A stretch of 63,693 nt of DNA, the filler included, from Octopus bimaculoides (lineage: Eukaryota): assembly GCF_001194135.2 (NCBI RefSeq). It is 9 parts of 9 records of this genome, joined end to end, with 100 filler letters (N's around TTAATTAATTAA, not from the genome) between each part and the next. Parts side by side here need not be neighbours in the genome. Positions count along the whole stretch, not along the records: positions 61,743 to 63,693 come from NC_068991.1; 8 more parts are not named here. One strand, given 5' to 3'. The translations under genes and the position numbers were made by a program. The notes below the pieces were generated by a model that did no database searches, had not been told where the DNA came from, and was given only the letters and a program-made list of their open reading frames with translations. Shown here piece by piece: positions 61,743 to 63,693 of this stretch (the stretch's first letter is position 1; each line of letters begins with the position of its first letter).

Positions 61743-62974
61743 AGCGCCAACCTCTTGGCTAGCACCTTGACCAAAATTTTTAACTCTGCATTGAGCAGTG
61801 ATGGGCCTAAAATTCCCTATCACGTCCCTCTTGTTTGGGTCCTTTCTTAGCAATGCAACCACTTCTCGACAGACAAAAGCAGGAATTCTCCCGTTTTGTT
61901 GCCAGTTGCAGTAGACGTTCGCCAAGAGGCCCGCAAACAAGTCTGGCATTGAAGTGTAAAGCTCGTAGGGCAGACCATCCAAACCCGACGATCTACCTCT
62001 CGTACAGCTTTTCATCGCTTCCTCTACTTCCCAGGCAGATATCGGTCTTTCGTAGCACTCCGCCTCGCTGTCCGAGAGTCGCAGCAGGCCGTCCAGGTAC
62101 ACACCGAAGTCTGTCCCGTTGTCCGTCCTACCGTTCGTCCCAAACAATCGAGCAAAGTGCTGCTGAAAGACCGCACACATCTGCTTCGGTTCGGAAACCT
62201 CGCGCCCGTTCTGGTTCACCAAAGACCGAATGGTCGCTCTGTTGCCGCGCTTCGCCTCCGCCACGCGGGCCGATCGAGCGACCTTGGTCCCCTCCCCGCT
62301 TACCGAATGTGCCTTAGCTCTGACAACGCAGCCTTCGTGTTTGGTGTCAAAATGTTGGTCGAGGGCCAACACGTCGGTTGCGATGCCTGTCCTAAGAGCC
62401 TCGTCTAGTTTCCTAACTAAATCCCGCTCTGTTTTCTTACGTTCTACAGCAAGAGCCTTACTAAACCTAATCGACTCTGCTCTAATTGCCCTCTTCAGAG
62501 CAAACCACCAGTTGTTATTGATGATTGCCCCGGTCAATGCCCGCTTAACTAATAAACTAATCCGGTCTCTGTAGGCTTTGTACGCCGTTAACGGCGCATT
62601 TAGCTTCCAGTAACCGAGACCTTGTCTATGGAGCCTATCTAAGTCGGAACGTAGGCAGCCAGCACTCTGAAGGCACCACTGTCCACGTCCAAGACCACCA
62701 ACTTACCCTCTGGAGCCAGGAAGACTGTCTTTATTTTCAAATCCAGGCTTTTCCGAAATAACACCGCAGTACCACCACCGGCCGACACGGAGATAGAAAA
62801 ATCTCGTATTCGCCGAAAAGGGCTGCGAGTTCCCGCGGGTCGGAGAGCCTGGTTTCGCTAATGGCTGCAACATCCACACTGTATGACCTCAGGTCGTTTA
62901 ACAGGTAACCTGTATTGTTTCCAAGACGACCCGAGGCCTCTCACATTTATACTACCGATTCTGAGTACGACCAT
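61743..62974 (-). pseudogene. Tx1/L1 ORF2 (APE endonuclease with internal deletion, linker, start of RT)
   Basis: Reads MVVLRIGSINVRGL...DVAAISETRL...GGGTAVLF, deletion, GYWKLN...GRSSGLDGLPYELY...GNFRPIT. Runs into an N gap. Confidence 0.9.
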
Positions 62975-63015
62975 GTTTCAAAAAAAAAAAAAGTATTTAT
63001 TAAGGAGAAAAAGCT

Positions 63016-63623
63016 CTACTTACGGTTGTTGTCTGTTGGGGTGGCTCCCTTGTGCTTCTGCGTGGGTATTTCCACCATATTTCTAAAGAGGTTTTTGGAG
63101 AAACTTCTCCCTAGCGACCCAACATCATTTGGAAATTTGGATTTTATTTTCTCATACTTGTCCTGCGAAATTTTTAGTGTGAGTATGTGTGCTGGTGGTG
63201 TGTTGTTTGTGGGTATGACAACATCCGAAATTTTCGTGTCTGTATTGTTTTTCAAGTATGTCACTAATTGTTCATTTTTCGTGTTTATTGCTGTAACGTT
63301 GGTGGTGTCTGTATGTGTTGGTGTTTGTGGTGGTGGAGATGGTGTTGCTAATTGTTGTGAGTGCATGTTGTTGTTGATGTTGGGAAGCTCTCCTTTCTCG
63401 CACCTCCCCAGTTTGTCAGTTGTTTCTTTATTTTTTTCCCTCTTCTTTTTCGGTGGCACAGTGTGCCACTCCCCTTTCTCACTATCATTACCCTCACTAT
63501 CCGAGCTGATTTGGTCGGGAAAGGGAATGTCTTTGAGGTCTGTTTCAATCGTGTTTCGAAATGTAGGTATTGTTGGTGGTGTAATTTCTGTCGAAATTGG
63601 TGTTGTTGTTGATGGTGGTGATG

Positions 63624-63624
<1 letters not shown>
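63016..63624 (-). pseudogene. C-terminal half of the Tx1/L1 ORF1 (5'-truncated at a TA microsatellite)
   Basis: 203-codon open frame (T/N/P-rich, GEWHTVPPKKK) ending just upstream of the ORF2 ATG at 62974. Confidence 0.65.
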
Positions 63625-63659
<35 letters not shown>

Positions 63660-63693
63660 AAGACCACTAGGTGGACGGCTAATGTGCTAGAAG

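Noticed and set aside
61835-62574. Plus-strand ORFs of 83-160 aa
   Set aside because: They are antisense to the Tx1 ORF2 and open because of its higher GC content.

Overview
This is AT-rich, gap-ridden eukaryotic DNA, almost entirely intronic or intergenic. The tRNA-headed SINE families with internal (TA/TG)n tracts, the microsatellite density and the LINE types point to a coleoid cephalopod, most likely Octopus (inference from recalled repeat families, not a database hit). Only one host exon is convincing: a 135-bp phase 1-1 exon on the minus strand (49439-49573) encoding a transmembrane segment that closely resembles DGCR2/IDD. Everything else recognisable is transposon-derived. That includes at least five SINE families and decayed L1/Tx1, RTE, RLE (R4/Dong-like) and Penelope fragments. 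It also includes mariner, maT, pogo/Tigger and hAT fossils, several MITEs, a SAP-SWIM transposon-type ORF and a degenerate higher-order tandem repeat. Two candidate novel systems stand out. (1) A nested SINE-targeting retroelement system: two divergent ORF1-only (gag-like, CCHC) Tx1/L1 derivatives are stacked in tandem inside one SINE, split cleanly at GCTTAGC^GGTATTTCG. They share a hairpin+AATAAAGAAAT 3' end with a SINE variant that has adopted the same tail and abuts copies of its own family. (2) A tRNA-headed SINE carrying a Penelope-type minimal hammerhead ribozyme (164-209). Its second copy has a 13-bp TSD and an inverted copy of its own tail at the 5' end. Eight N44-TTAATTAATTAA-N44 linkers are assembly spacers, so adjacency across them is not guaranteed. 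Most ORFs in the supplied track are microsatellite or N-gap artefacts.
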